64,000 nt of DNA from a virus. The notes below the pieces were generated by a model. It saw nothing but the letters and a program-made list of their open reading frames with translations. It was not told the origin of the DNA and did not search any database. The DNA is taken from positions 32,001 through 96,000 of the IMG/VR virus record IMGVR_UViG_3300024346_000017. One strand, given 5' to 3'. Within the stretch, counting starts at the first letter, position 1, and every line of letters starts with the position of its first letter. A program made the translations under genes and the position numbers. Shown piece after piece: positions 7,011 through 16,687 of the stretch.

Positions 7011-8945
7011 ATGAAAAATACTATCGAAAATCCTTATGAAAACTTTATTGCACTATCAAGATATGCTAAATGGGTAGAAGCAGAAGGACGTAGAGAGACA
7101 TGGGGAGAAACAGTAGATAGATACTTTTCTTTTATGACTAATCACTTAGAAGAAAATCACAATTACATTCCAAATGAAAAGCTAGTTGCGGAATTAAAAG
7201 AGTTTGTTTTTGAACGAAATGTAATGCCCTCCATGAGATCTGTAATGACTTCTGGAGCAGCCCTTGAAAGAGATAATGTAGCTGGGTATAACTGTGCTTT
7301 CTTGCCAGTTGATTCCCCACGTTCTTTTGATGAAACTATGTATGTTTTGATGTGTGGAACTGGCGTTGGATTCTCAGTAGAATACAAGTATATTAATAAA
7401 CTTCCCGCCGTACCAGAAAAACTTGAAAAAACGGATACAGTTATTGTAGTTGAAGATTCAAAACAAGGATGGGCTAAAGCATATCGTGAACTTCTTGCTT
7501 CACTTTGGGCAGGATATATTCCAGCAATTGATGTAACAAAAGTTAGACCTTCTGGTGCAAGATTAAAAACAATGGGTGGTCGCTCATCTGGTCCACAACC
7601 ACTGGTTAACCTTTTTGATTTTACTATTTCAAAATTTAAAGGTGCAACAGGAAGAAACCTTAAACCAATTGAGTGCCATGACATAATGTGCAAAATTGGT
7701 GAAGTGGTTGTAGTTGGTGGAGTTAGACGCTCCGCAATGATTTCACTTTCAAACATAAATGACATTGAAATGGCACAAGCAAAATCAGGCAACTGGTGGG
7801 AAGCTAGCCCACAACGTGCACTATCTAATAACTCAGTTGCATATTCACGCAAACCAGAAATGGAGCAATTTATTGCAGAGTGGAAATCACTTTATGATTC
7901 AAAGTCTGGAGAACGTGGCATTTACAACGTTGCAGCAGCACAAGCACAAGCAGCTAAGTTTGGTAGAAGAGATCCAGAGATACACTATGGAACTAATCCA
8001 TGCTCTGAAATTATCTTGCGTCCATATCAGTTTTGCAATCTTTCAGAAGTAGTAGTTCGTGAAAATGATACTAAAAAAGACATTCAAAGAAAAGTTGAGT
8101 TAGCAACTATACTTGGAACATGGCAATCTACACTGACTGATTTCAAATATCTTCGAAAGATATGGAAAGATAACACAGAAGAAGAAAGATTACTAGGAGT
8201 TTCTTTGACTGGACAATTCGGACACAAGTTTATGTCTGGAAAAGAAGATATAGTTATGCTTGAAGCATTCCTAATGACTCTTCGTGAAAAAGCAAGAGAA
8301 GTAAATAAAGAAGAGTCTGGGAAAATTGGGATTCCTGAGTCTGCCGCTATTACATGTGTAAAGCCTTCTGGAACAGTGTCTCAATTGGTCGGGGTATCTT
8401 CAGGAATGCATCCATGGCATTCTCCATATTATATTCGTACAGTTCGTGGTTCAAAGGGAGATCCAATTTCTACATTTTTAAAGGAAGTTGGAATCCCAGT
8501 AGAAGATGACGTAATGAAACCAAATGAGACTTATGTATTTTCATTTCCAGTCAAAGCTCCAGAGGGAGCAATTGTAAGAAATGACCTAACTGCAATTGAT
8601 CATTTAAATATTTGGCTAGTTTATCAACGTGCATGGTGTGAACACAAACCATCAATTACTGTTTCTGTAAAAGAAGAAGAATGGATGGAAGTAGGGGCTT
8701 GGATATATAAAAACTTTGATGAAGTCTCTGGTATTTCATTCCTGCCTCATTCAGATCATACATATAAACAAGCTCCATACCAAGAGGTTTCAAAAGAAGA
8801 ATATGAGGCATTGGTTGCAAAGATGCCAAACAATATTCGCTGGGAAGACCTATCATTTTATGAGACAGAAGATGGAACCTCACCCTCTGCCACCCTCGCA
8901 TGTAGCTCAGACGGAAATTGCGAGCTTGTAGATATATCTGCCTAG
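7011..8945 (+). CDS. nrdJ: class II (B12-dependent) ribonucleotide reductase
   Basis: RRETW, YNCAF, GGVRRSA, TNPCSEI, CVKPSGT, C-terminal CSSDGNC; no beta subunit gene adjacent. Confidence 0.92.
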   Translation: MKNTIENPYENFIALSRYAKWVEAEGRRETWGETVDRYFSFMTNHLEENHNYIPNEKLVAELKEFVFERNVMPSMRSVMTSGAALERDNVAGYNCAFLPVDSPRSFDETMYVLMCGTGVGFSVEYKYINKLPAVPEKLEKTDTVIVVEDSKQGWAKAYRELLASLWAGYIPAIDVTKVRPSGARLKTMGGRSSGPQPLVNLFDFTISKFKGATGRNLKPIECHDIMCKIGEVVVVGGVRRSAMISLSNINDIEMAQAKSGNWWEASPQRALSNNSVAYSRKPEMEQFIAEWKSLYDSKSGERGIYNVAAAQAQAAKFGRRDPEIHYGTNPCSEIILRPYQFCNLSEVVVRENDTKKDIQRKVELATILGTWQSTLTDFKYLRKIWKDNTEEERLLGVSLTGQFGHKFMSGKEDIVMLEAFLMTLREKAREVNKEESGKIGIPESAAITCVKPSGTVSQLVGVSSGMHPWHSPYYIRTVRGSKGDPISTFLKEVGIPVEDDVMKPNETYVFSFPVKAPEGAIVRNDLTAIDHLNIWLVYQRAWCEHKPSITVSVKEEEWMEVGAWIYKNFDEVSGISFLPHSDHTYKQAPYQEVSKEEYEALVAKMPNNIRWEDLSFYETEDGTSPSATLACSSDGNCELVDISA

Positions 8946-9012
8946 TGGTAGAATAATAGTATTGGGTAAAACCAAAATTCATGGGCAACACCGCCCAAAT
9001 GGAGATGACAAA

Positions 9013-9255
9013 ATGGCTATCAAAAAATTTGATAAAGCTGATTTAAATAAAGATGGGAAAGTAACTATGCAAGAGCAAATCTTAGCAGCAGTAGGAACTT
9101 ACGGAAGAGCATTTTTGGCAGCAGCCACGGCTCTATATATGACTGGCAATACTAATCCAAAGGATTTAATTGCAGCTGGCGTAGCAGCAATTGCTCCAGT
9201 AATTTTAAAGGCACTAAGTCCAAGTAATAAAGAATTTGGATTTACAAGCAAGTAA
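9013..9255 (+). CDS. holin-like membrane protein with N-terminal EF-hand-like loop
   Basis: DLNKDGKVTMQE then two hydrophobic segments; start revised to ATG 9013 after GGAG. Confidence 0.55.
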   Translation: MAIKKFDKADLNKDGKVTMQEQILAAVGTYGRAFLAAATALYMTGNTNPKDLIAAGVAAIAPVILKALSPSNKEFGFTSK

Positions 9256-9269
9256 TTATTAGTCAATTA

Positions 9270-9306
9270 GGAATGCCCTTATGCTAAAATGGTGTAAGGG
9301 TATTTC
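9270..9306 (+). terminator. stem-loop / intrinsic terminator
   Basis: GGAATGCCCTTATGC...GTGTAAGGGTATTTC then CTTTT. Confidence 0.5.
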
Positions 9307-9323
9307 CTTTTAGGGGTAAAAAA

Positions 9324-9668
9324 ATGGCAGCTCAAAAAAATTTTCAAGTAGACGAGAATACGACGTTTACTTTTGAGGTACAATATCTTGATGAAGAAAA
9401 TGCTCCAATACAATTAAACCACCATACAGCAAAAATGCAAGTAAGAGATACACAAGGTGGAAAAAAGTTGGCATTTACATTAACAGAGCAAGACGGAATA
9501 GTTATAACTCCTTCTTTAGGAAAGATTTCAGTTTCCCTATCACCAGAAAGAACTAAAAAGCTTTTTTATCCTAAGTCTGCATATGATTTAGTTATAATTG
9601 ATCCAAGTATTAATATAACAAGACTGCTAGAAGGATATCTAACATTAAATAGGGCGGTAACTATATAA
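9324..9668 (+). CDS. virion structural protein (Ig-like adaptor-type fold)
   Basis: TAKMQVR...YDLV...RLLEG pattern typical of phage fibre-associated proteins; first gene of fibre module. Confidence 0.55.
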   Translation: MAAQKNFQVDENTTFTFEVQYLDEENAPIQLNHHTAKMQVRDTQGGKKLAFTLTEQDGIVITPSLGKISVSLSPERTKKLFYPKSAYDLVIIDPSINITRLLEGYLTLNRAVTI

Positions 9669-10105
9669 TGGCAACCCGCTTAATTGTAACCGAAAATAAT
9701 CCACTTGTAGTAGTAAGAGCATCTGGGTCCCCAGGAAGAACAATTATTAGCGGTGAAGGAAACCCAGCAAATTCTCTCGGAGCCCCAGGAGACTTCTACT
9801 TTGATACAAACACCACAAGGTTTTGGGGCCCGAAGTCACTAGTTTCAAATTCTTGGAATATACAGGACAGCTTTGTTCTAGATAAGCAAGTATCATTTAT
9901 GTATTCATGGGAAATGAGCCAAATAACTGGCCCAGTAAATGGCATATATTCAGTAGTTATAAATCACAATTTGCAATTTAACCCAAATGTTTCAGTCAAG
10001 TCAAGTTCTGGGGACATCTTAGAAACGGGAATAGACTATAATAGTATTAACCAAATAACATTGACAATGGCCCAGCCATTTTCGGGGACAGCATACCTGT
10101 CCTAA
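9668..10105 (+). CDS. virion fibre/decoration protein
   Basis: GNPANSLGAPGDFYFDT and INHNL...P.V.V...FSGTAYLS motifs. Confidence 0.6.
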   Translation: MATRLIVTENNPLVVVRASGSPGRTIISGEGNPANSLGAPGDFYFDTNTTRFWGPKSLVSNSWNIQDSFVLDKQVSFMYSWEMSQITGPVNGIYSVVINHNLQFNPNVSVKSSSGDILETGIDYNSINQITLTMAQPFSGTAYLS

Positions 10106-10120
10106 AAAGGAGATATAAAA

Positions 10121-11320
10121 ATGGCAAGAAAATTTTTAGTAAGCATTGATTTAAACAAGAATGAATTACTCAATGCTAGAATTCAAAACTTAGGATCAGC
10201 CCCATCAAACCCAGTCATTGGTCAGATCTACTACAACAGTGGCGACAATGTTATGTACTACTACAATGGACTAGCATCACCAAACGGTCCATGGCAGTCA
10301 ATGAGTGGTTCTCAAGAAGTAATTCAAGATGTAATTGGCGCATCAATTGAAGGCGGAGTTGGACTAACAAAGACATACGTTGATTCTACAGGAATCACAA
10401 CAATAGATTTAGATGACACAGCAGTAGCAACTGGTTCATATGGTTCGCAAACAAAAATACCTACATTTACAGTAGATCAGCAAGGTAGATTAACTGCAGC
10501 TGGTGAAGTAGATGTTGCAACAGAACTTTCAATAACTGGAGACACTGGAACAACTGCAATTTCTCTTCTTACAGAAGGATTAACAGTAAATGGCGGAGAA
10601 GGAATTGATGTTGCTGTAACAAATAATGCAATTACAATTTCAGCAGAAGATGCAAGTACAACAAACAAGGGTGTTGCTTCTTTTGATGCAGCAGACTTTA
10701 ATGTAAATGCAGGCGTAGTAACTGTAAAAGATATTAATTTAGATTCACAAACAACAGGTGACTATGTAGCAACTATTATTGGAACAGCAAACGAAGTTAC
10801 TGTTTCTCCAAATAGCGGACATAATGCCGCAGTAACAATTGGTTTGCCAGACAATGTAGAAATTGCTGGAAACTTACAAGTTGGAGGAAACTTAAATGTT
10901 ATTGGAACTGTTAACTCTGTAAACACCACACAGATTAATATTGAAGATAATAAAGTAAAGCTTAACAGTAATTTTACTGGTGCCCCAACTACAGACGCTG
11001 GATTAACAGTTGAGCGTGGATCAGAAACAGATGTAGAAATTCTATGGAATGAAACATCTGATAAATGGACATTAACTAATAATGGAACAGACTATCATGT
11101 AATTACTAGAAAGTATGCAGAAACTCTCGGAGCTTCAGCAACATCTTATACAATAACACACAATCTTGGTACAACAGATGTAACCGTACAAATCTTTGAA
11201 TCAGCGGCACCATTTGCTCAAGTAGAAGCAGATGTTCAAAGATCAGCTGCAAATTCTGTAACCATCAACTTTGCCTCTGCACCAGCTGCTGGAGAATACA
11301 GAGTAGTTGTAGTAGGCTAA
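10121..11320 (+). CDS. tail fibre-like structural protein
   Basis: GSYG...IPTFTVDQQGRLTAA, GNLNVIGT..VNT, ITHNLGT motifs. Confidence 0.7.
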   Translation: MARKFLVSIDLNKNELLNARIQNLGSAPSNPVIGQIYYNSGDNVMYYYNGLASPNGPWQSMSGSQEVIQDVIGASIEGGVGLTKTYVDSTGITTIDLDDTAVATGSYGSQTKIPTFTVDQQGRLTAAGEVDVATELSITGDTGTTAISLLTEGLTVNGGEGIDVAVTNNAITISAEDASTTNKGVASFDAADFNVNAGVVTVKDINLDSQTTGDYVATIIGTANEVTVSPNSGHNAAVTIGLPDNVEIAGNLQVGGNLNVIGTVNSVNTTQINIEDNKVKLNSNFTGAPTTDAGLTVERGSETDVEILWNETSDKWTLTNNGTDYHVITRKYAETLGASATSYTITHNLGTTDVTVQIFESAAPFAQVEADVQRSAANSVTINFASAPAAGEYRVVVVG

Positions 11321-11322
11321 TC

Positions 11323-11781
11323 ATGTCTAGACAAATGCTAGTCCCACTAAGACTTCTAGCTTTGTCAACAGACCCAGTTTTTGGACAAGTTGGCGAAATT
11401 TATATAAACACAGTAACTAAAAATTTACGTGTTCATAATGGAACTACTTGGATAGAGCTTACCCCACCAAGTACAGACCCAACACCATTTTATATGCACA
11501 CCCACACATTTGATGGAGATGTACATACAATTGATATACAAAATCAAATTGATTTTAAATCATTATCTAATCCAAATACACCAGGCAAAGTATTGCCAGA
11601 GATTATAGGTTATGACGGTGGAAATCCTTCAGATAATCTAGCAACACCGTCATTTGTAGAAGAAAGTTTATTTGACGCTGGTTTATTTGATGGCACACAA
11701 GAAGAAACAACAGAAACAGGAACAGGTGGCGGAGGTTCCGAAGATTTCGAAGCACCATCACTTGATGGAGGAGGCTCATAA
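11323..11781 (+). CDS. fibre-associated structural protein
   Basis: GEIYINT...W motif, DGG motifs; operon context. Confidence 0.55.
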   Translation: MSRQMLVPLRLLALSTDPVFGQVGEIYINTVTKNLRVHNGTTWIELTPPSTDPTPFYMHTHTFDGDVHTIDIQNQIDFKSLSNPNTPGKVLPEIIGYDGGNPSDNLATPSFVEESLFDAGLFDGTQEETTETGTGGGGSEDFEAPSLDGGGS

Positions 11782-13427
11782 TGGCATTAAAAATTCAATT
11801 AAGAAGAGACATAGCAGCAAACTGGACAGCGAACAATCCACTTCTTTTAAACGGTGAAATTGGAATAGAAACCGATACACTTAAATTTAAGGTTGGTAAT
11901 GGAACGCAAAGATGGAATGCCCTTACAAATTATGCCCTTAAGCCAGGACAAGCAAATGGAGTAGCCACATTAGGATCAGATGGCAAAATTCCTCTGTCAC
12001 AACTACCAGACCAGGTGTCACTTGACGCAGAAGCTTTATTAGCAATACAAAATGCTTTATCTTCAATAACAACAACAGATATTGAAGAAGGATCTAATTT
12101 ATATTTTACAAACCTTAGAGTACAAAACGCAGGCGCTACAATGTTTGATGCAATCGGTTCTGCAGCTATTGCCTTAGATGCAGCTAAAACAGACGCAGCC
12201 GCAAAAGTAAATCAATCTAATGCAGTTGCATTAGTCGACGCAACATTAAAGGCCAATCAGGCTGTGCTAACTGCAAAAGCAGATTCAGAGCTATTTACTA
12301 ATACTGCAATTAATTCACTTACAACTTCTGATATAGAAGAAGGAACAAGACTTTATTTTACTCCTTTAAGAGTTAATGATATAGTTGGTCCGCTTATTTC
12401 AGAAACAAGAGGATATGTAGATAGCCAACTAGTTGTTGCTAAAGCATATACCGATACAGCATTATCTGGTTTTGTTCCACCAATATCTAACATAAGCTCT
12501 ACTTCAGATGTTCCAGAAGGAAGCAATTTGTATTTTACAAATTCAAGAGCAATTACAGCAACTCAAGCAGCAAGAACTTCTGTTTTAGTTTCAGCACTTG
12601 GAGCCGTAGACGATTTAAGAACAGAAATTAATACTAGCTTAACAAATTATGTCCCAATTTTAGAATTAACAAATTACATTCCAATTTCAGATAGAAATTC
12701 TTCTGGTGGAATTGCTGGTTTAGACTTAAATAGCAAAATATTAGAATCTGTTATCCCACAAACAATAGCAAGATCTTCAGATTTAGTTTCTGCTATTGAA
12801 GGAGTTATTGCTTCTGCACCAACAGCATTTGATACCCTTAAAGAGATTTCAGACTACATTTCACAAGATCAAACTGCTGCATCAGCAGTAACAGCATCGC
12901 TTGCAACAAAAGCCCCAATCGCTTCACCAACATTTACTGGAACAGTGACGATACCAGCAGGAGCAATCATTCCAGGGTTTGCACCAATTGCATCTCCTAC
13001 ATTTACTGGAATAGTTACAATACCAACAGGCGCATTAATATCTGGATATGCCACATCTATTGATTTAACGTCTGGCCTATCAACTACTTTAACTGCCGCC
13101 AATGACTATACAGATTTAGCAATAGACGGCATCGAGAGCTCGCTGGGGGGATACCAACCAGAATCTGAAAGAAATCAAACCAGCGGGTATGCTGGACTAG
13201 ATGCATCTGGAAAAATATTAACATCTGCAGTTCCTGTAATATCAAACACCATGCTTGAAAATAATTCAATTAATATAAATGGAACAGCAATAGAGCTTGG
13301 TGGAACAGTTATTACTGGATATACAAATGGAGTTTCTGGGTCAAGTGTTAACAAAATTAGTTATGGAACAAATGTAACGCCACCTTCAAGCGGAAATTCT
13401 GCTGGAGATATTTACATTCAGTACTAA
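11781..13427 (+). CDS. tail fibre protein with Mtd-N/hyaluronidase-N-like N-terminus
   Basis: IQLRRDIAANWTANNPLLLNGEIGIETDT; three EGxxLYFT repeats; GVATL/GYAGLD and APIASPTFTG motifs. Confidence 0.75.
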   Translation: MALKIQLRRDIAANWTANNPLLLNGEIGIETDTLKFKVGNGTQRWNALTNYALKPGQANGVATLGSDGKIPLSQLPDQVSLDAEALLAIQNALSSITTTDIEEGSNLYFTNLRVQNAGATMFDAIGSAAIALDAAKTDAAAKVNQSNAVALVDATLKANQAVLTAKADSELFTNTAINSLTTSDIEEGTRLYFTPLRVNDIVGPLISETRGYVDSQLVVAKAYTDTALSGFVPPISNISSTSDVPEGSNLYFTNSRAITATQAARTSVLVSALGAVDDLRTEINTSLTNYVPILELTNYIPISDRNSSGGIAGLDLNSKILESVIPQTIARSSDLVSAIEGVIASAPTAFDTLKEISDYISQDQTAASAVTASLATKAPIASPTFTGTVTIPAGAIIPGFAPIASPTFTGIVTIPTGALISGYATSIDLTSGLSTTLTAANDYTDLAIDGIESSLGGYQPESERNQTSGYAGLDASGKILTSAVPVISNTMLENNSININGTAIELGGTVITGYTNGVSGSSVNKISYGTNVTPPSSGNSAGDIYIQY

Positions 13428-13436
13428 GGAGACCAA

Positions 13437-15821
13437 ATGCCGCTAAATATTTTTGACGGTTCCAGCTGGAATCCTTTAAAAAAAGTACAGATTCATGATG
13501 GTACATCCTGGAATGAATCAAAAGCGGCATATATATGGGACGGATCAGAATGGAAATCACTTCTCGATTTAAAACCAAAAAACACTGAGTTACCAGCTTT
13601 ATCTTTACAAGAAGGAGTTTATCTTTATGCTGCCCAAGAAACAGTTTCTGTTTCTAATGGAATATGGGAAAACTCTCCAACATCATTTAAGTATCAATGG
13701 CAAAAATCCCCATTTAGCTCATCTAGTTACAACTGGTCTGATATAACAGGCAAGACATCAAATACCTTGCTTTTAGATGAAGACGAATGGAGCTCATCAA
13801 GAAACCTTAAATATGTTGGATATGTAGTAAGGTGTAAGGTAACTGCTACAAATGCTGCTGGAGATAATGATCCTGCAGTCTACACTATTCCTAGCCCAAT
13901 AATAGCTCCACAAAAACTTTCCGTTTTATCCGCTTCGGTTATTTCAAACGGAGTAGTAAAAATTGATTGGCAAAAGCCTATTGGAGCAAATGATTTTTAT
14001 ATACAGTATCAAGGACCAGAAGTTGCTTTTACAGAAACACAATCGCTTGGAGATGTTGATACTTTAACAATAGATACTGGAAGTTCTGGTGGAACTCTTG
14101 GAATCTTAATAAATCCAAAAAATAATTCAAACGCATCTGGAATGGCTCTTACTGGGCTTGGCAAAAATGCATCAATTAGTGATCTAAAACCAAATAAGCC
14201 TTACGTTACAACAACTATGGAATCATTCTCATGGGGAGGAAGGTTAAGATGGACCAACACTTTAATAAATCAAACATCGTGGGTAATATATAACAATGGG
14301 CAACTATACGCAAGTTCGTTTTTAAATGATCCGTCCGCTACCTCATTTGATATAGATAGGTTTGGAGAAGGAGGCTCAACCTTCGGATCATTTACAATTA
14401 CGGTTACTGGAACAGCTCCAAGATTTACAGAAACATCCTGGCCTTCAACACCACCGCTTTCTATAGTATATCCCGCAGTTCCTTTGCCAGTTAATCAAGT
14501 AGCTCCTACAGTATCTACTTCAAATGGAAGAGTATTTGCCTCAACTACTGGAACATGGTCAAACACATCTTCTATATATAGCTATCTTTATGAATGGTTT
14601 GCTAATGGTTCTCCAATAGACAGTGCATTTATTACTGAGTCAGATACTATAAATCTTTATGACACCACACAGTATGATAATATGTCAATAACTTCTGCTG
14701 TATATGTTTTAACAACAGACTTAAGAACAACTTCAGCAACAGCAAGCAGTAACTCTGCCCAATCAAATCCAGTTCCTCCCACAACATATACAATTCCAAA
14801 TTTGATTGGAACATATAATCCCTCTGATACAACTAACTATAATATTTCAAATGGCTCAACACTTGGCACTACTGATTATACAAAAGAGGGACAAGTTTAC
14901 ATGCAGTCTCCAGGAGCTGGTGCATCTGTAAGCACATCTCCAAAACCAACAATTACTGTATACAGATACGTTTACGAAGCTGCTCCTCAATACACTTATT
15001 ATGCAGGATATTCTGCATGTAATAACAATAATGGTGCCCCTTATATCCAAGAGCCATCTGTTAGCGGTCCGTATACAGGATCATCAATACCACAAGATAT
15101 TTCTACGGGCCCAAGCACATACAGAGAAGTTATTAGATACAGGACAACATCCGCAGCAGCTTTATCCGCAGCAGCACAAGCAGGATGTGAAACACCAGTC
15201 TTTGCACCACCAGCTTTTGCACCAGCACAATTTACAATTCCAAATTTAGTTGGATCATATAATCCTTCTAGTACATCAAGCTACAATATTTCAGTAGGTG
15301 CAGTAACTTCAACTGCAGACTATACAAAAGAGGGAATTGTTGCATCTCAATCTCCTACAGGAGGAACATCTGTAAATGCTTCTCCTATTCCTACAATTAC
15401 TGTATCAAAGTATTCTTATGTAGCTCCGCCGCCTGAACCAACTGTAACTTATTATCAGGGGTATTCTGCTTGCAATAACTTCTCTGGAGTTTATGCCTCT
15501 GCTCCATCTGTTAGTGGTCCATATACAGCATCATCAATGCCAACAGATGTTATTACTGGGCCAAGCTCAAACAGAGAAGTTCTTAAGTATAGATCAACAT
15601 CTGAAGCAGCTTTATCCGCAGCAGCACAAGCAGGATGTGAAACACCTTCCTTCGCACCACCAGTCTTCTTCGCACCACCAGTCTTCTTCGCACCACCAGT
15701 CTTCTTCGCACCACCAGTCTTCTTCGCACCACCAGTCTTCTTCGCACCACCAGTCTTCTTCGCACCACCAGTCTTCTTCGCACCACCAACATTTGGTTCT
15801 CGTTTCATAAGATCATATTGA
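13437..15821 (+). CDS. surface/virion protein: Ig-like domains, two PASTA-like repeats, C-terminal (FFAPPV)n and GSRFIRSY tag
   Basis: GIWENSPTSFKYQWQ...VTATNAAG Ig-like; TIPNL(I/V)G...QSP.(A/G)G.SV...TITV twice; C-terminal tandem repeat. Confidence 0.75.
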   Translation: MPLNIFDGSSWNPLKKVQIHDGTSWNESKAAYIWDGSEWKSLLDLKPKNTELPALSLQEGVYLYAAQETVSVSNGIWENSPTSFKYQWQKSPFSSSSYNWSDITGKTSNTLLLDEDEWSSSRNLKYVGYVVRCKVTATNAAGDNDPAVYTIPSPIIAPQKLSVLSASVISNGVVKIDWQKPIGANDFYIQYQGPEVAFTETQSLGDVDTLTIDTGSSGGTLGILINPKNNSNASGMALTGLGKNASISDLKPNKPYVTTTMESFSWGGRLRWTNTLINQTSWVIYNNGQLYASSFLNDPSATSFDIDRFGEGGSTFGSFTITVTGTAPRFTETSWPSTPPLSIVYPAVPLPVNQVAPTVSTSNGRVFASTTGTWSNTSSIYSYLYEWFANGSPIDSAFITESDTINLYDTTQYDNMSITSAVYVLTTDLRTTSATASSNSAQSNPVPPTTYTIPNLIGTYNPSDTTNYNISNGSTLGTTDYTKEGQVYMQSPGAGASVSTSPKPTITVYRYVYEAAPQYTYYAGYSACNNNNGAPYIQEPSVSGPYTGSSIPQDISTGPSTYREVIRYRTTSAAALSAAAQAGCETPVFAPPAFAPAQFTIPNLVGSYNPSSTSSYNISVGAVTSTADYTKEGIVASQSPTGGTSVNASPIPTITVSKYSYVAPPPEPTVTYYQGYSACNNFSGVYASAPSVSGPYTASSMPTDVITGPSSNREVLKYRSTSEAALSAAAQAGCETPSFAPPVFFAPPVFFAPPVFFAPPVFFAPPVFFAPPVFFAPPVFFAPPTFGSRFIRSY
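15651..15788 (+). repeat. perfect 18-bp coding tandem repeat (TTCGCACCACCAGTCTTC) x7 plus partial
   Basis: Seen directly; encodes FAPPVF units. Confidence 0.95.
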
Positions 15822-15831
15822 TGTATAATAT

Positions 15832-16029
15832 ATGAAAGAGACAAAACCATGGGACCTTTTAAATCCAAGCACTGAATTTGCTTCAGAATCTGTTCAAGAA
15901 GAAAGATATGTAATATGTCAAGCATGTCCAGAATTTATCGGATTGACTAAGCAATGCAGAAAATGCGGATGTTTAATGAAGTTAAAAACAAAAATTTTAG
16001 CATCAGAATGCCCATTACAAAAATGGTAA
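15832..16029 (+). CDS. small Cys-rich protein (DUF6171-like)
   Basis: R..ICxxC...CxxCGC...K......CPxxKW. Confidence 0.65.
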   Translation: MKETKPWDLLNPSTEFASESVQEERYVICQACPEFIGLTKQCRKCGCLMKLKTKILASECPLQKW

Positions 16030-16100
16030 ATTAGGATGGTTTATAAAGTTTTATAAGATATAATTAACTAAGTAACACGATTCACACAAGGGGGTAGCCA

Positions 16101-16658
16101 ATGGCCACCAGTTATCCAAATGCAATAGATCAACTTATTAATCCAAGCGGATCAGATGCATTATCAGCACCATCACATTCAGAACAGCATTCAAATGCAA
16201 ATGATGCAATAGAAGCATTACAAACAAAAGTTGGAACAGACGGATCTACAGATACAAATTCTATAACATATAAAATAAACGACATAGTTTCTATATTGGG
16301 AGATCTAGACAATAGCACAGACGCCGTCGTAGAACTTCTGGGACTAGAAGGCAACAATGATCTTTCTGTTTATGGAATTGAAAATCCAACTAACGTAGAC
16401 TCATTTGCAAAAGCTACTTGGAGAACAGTCAATTATAATCTTCAGGTAACAAAGGGAACAGATGTCTACACATCAGAAATCCTCGCTTCACATGATGGAA
16501 CAAACATAATGGTTTCAGAGTCAAACATCATCTCAAACTCAAACACAAGTCTATTTACTTATACCTTTGAAGAAAACTCAGGTATAATTAGTTTAAGAAT
16601 CACCCCTGTTTCTGGTTCTATTTCAGTTAGATTTTCAAGAACAGCGCTTAAAGCATAA
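16101..16658 (+). CDS. virion structural protein
   Basis: MATSYP..D...H..NDAIEALQTKVG N-terminus typical of fibre-module proteins. Confidence 0.6.
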   Translation: MATSYPNAIDQLINPSGSDALSAPSHSEQHSNANDAIEALQTKVGTDGSTDTNSITYKINDIVSILGDLDNSTDAVVELLGLEGNNDLSVYGIENPTNVDSFAKATWRTVNYNLQVTKGTDVYTSEILASHDGTNIMVSESNIISNSNTSLFTYTFEENSGIISLRITPVSGSISVRFSRTALKA

Positions 16659-16687
16659 CAAAAAAAGCAGTAAGAGGAGTCATATAA

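Noticed and set aside
7163-7852. 229-aa antisense ORF within nrdJ
   Set aside because: Shadow ORF from codon bias of the RNR gene; no recognisable motifs
15651-15788. CRISPR array
   Set aside because: Repeats are contiguous with no spacers, in frame within a CDS, and no cas genes are present
15491-15925. GGAKKT, LVVRRR and HHQSSS repeat ORFs
   Set aside because: Other frames of the FFAPP repeat; the synonymous pattern of the tag supports the FFAPP frame
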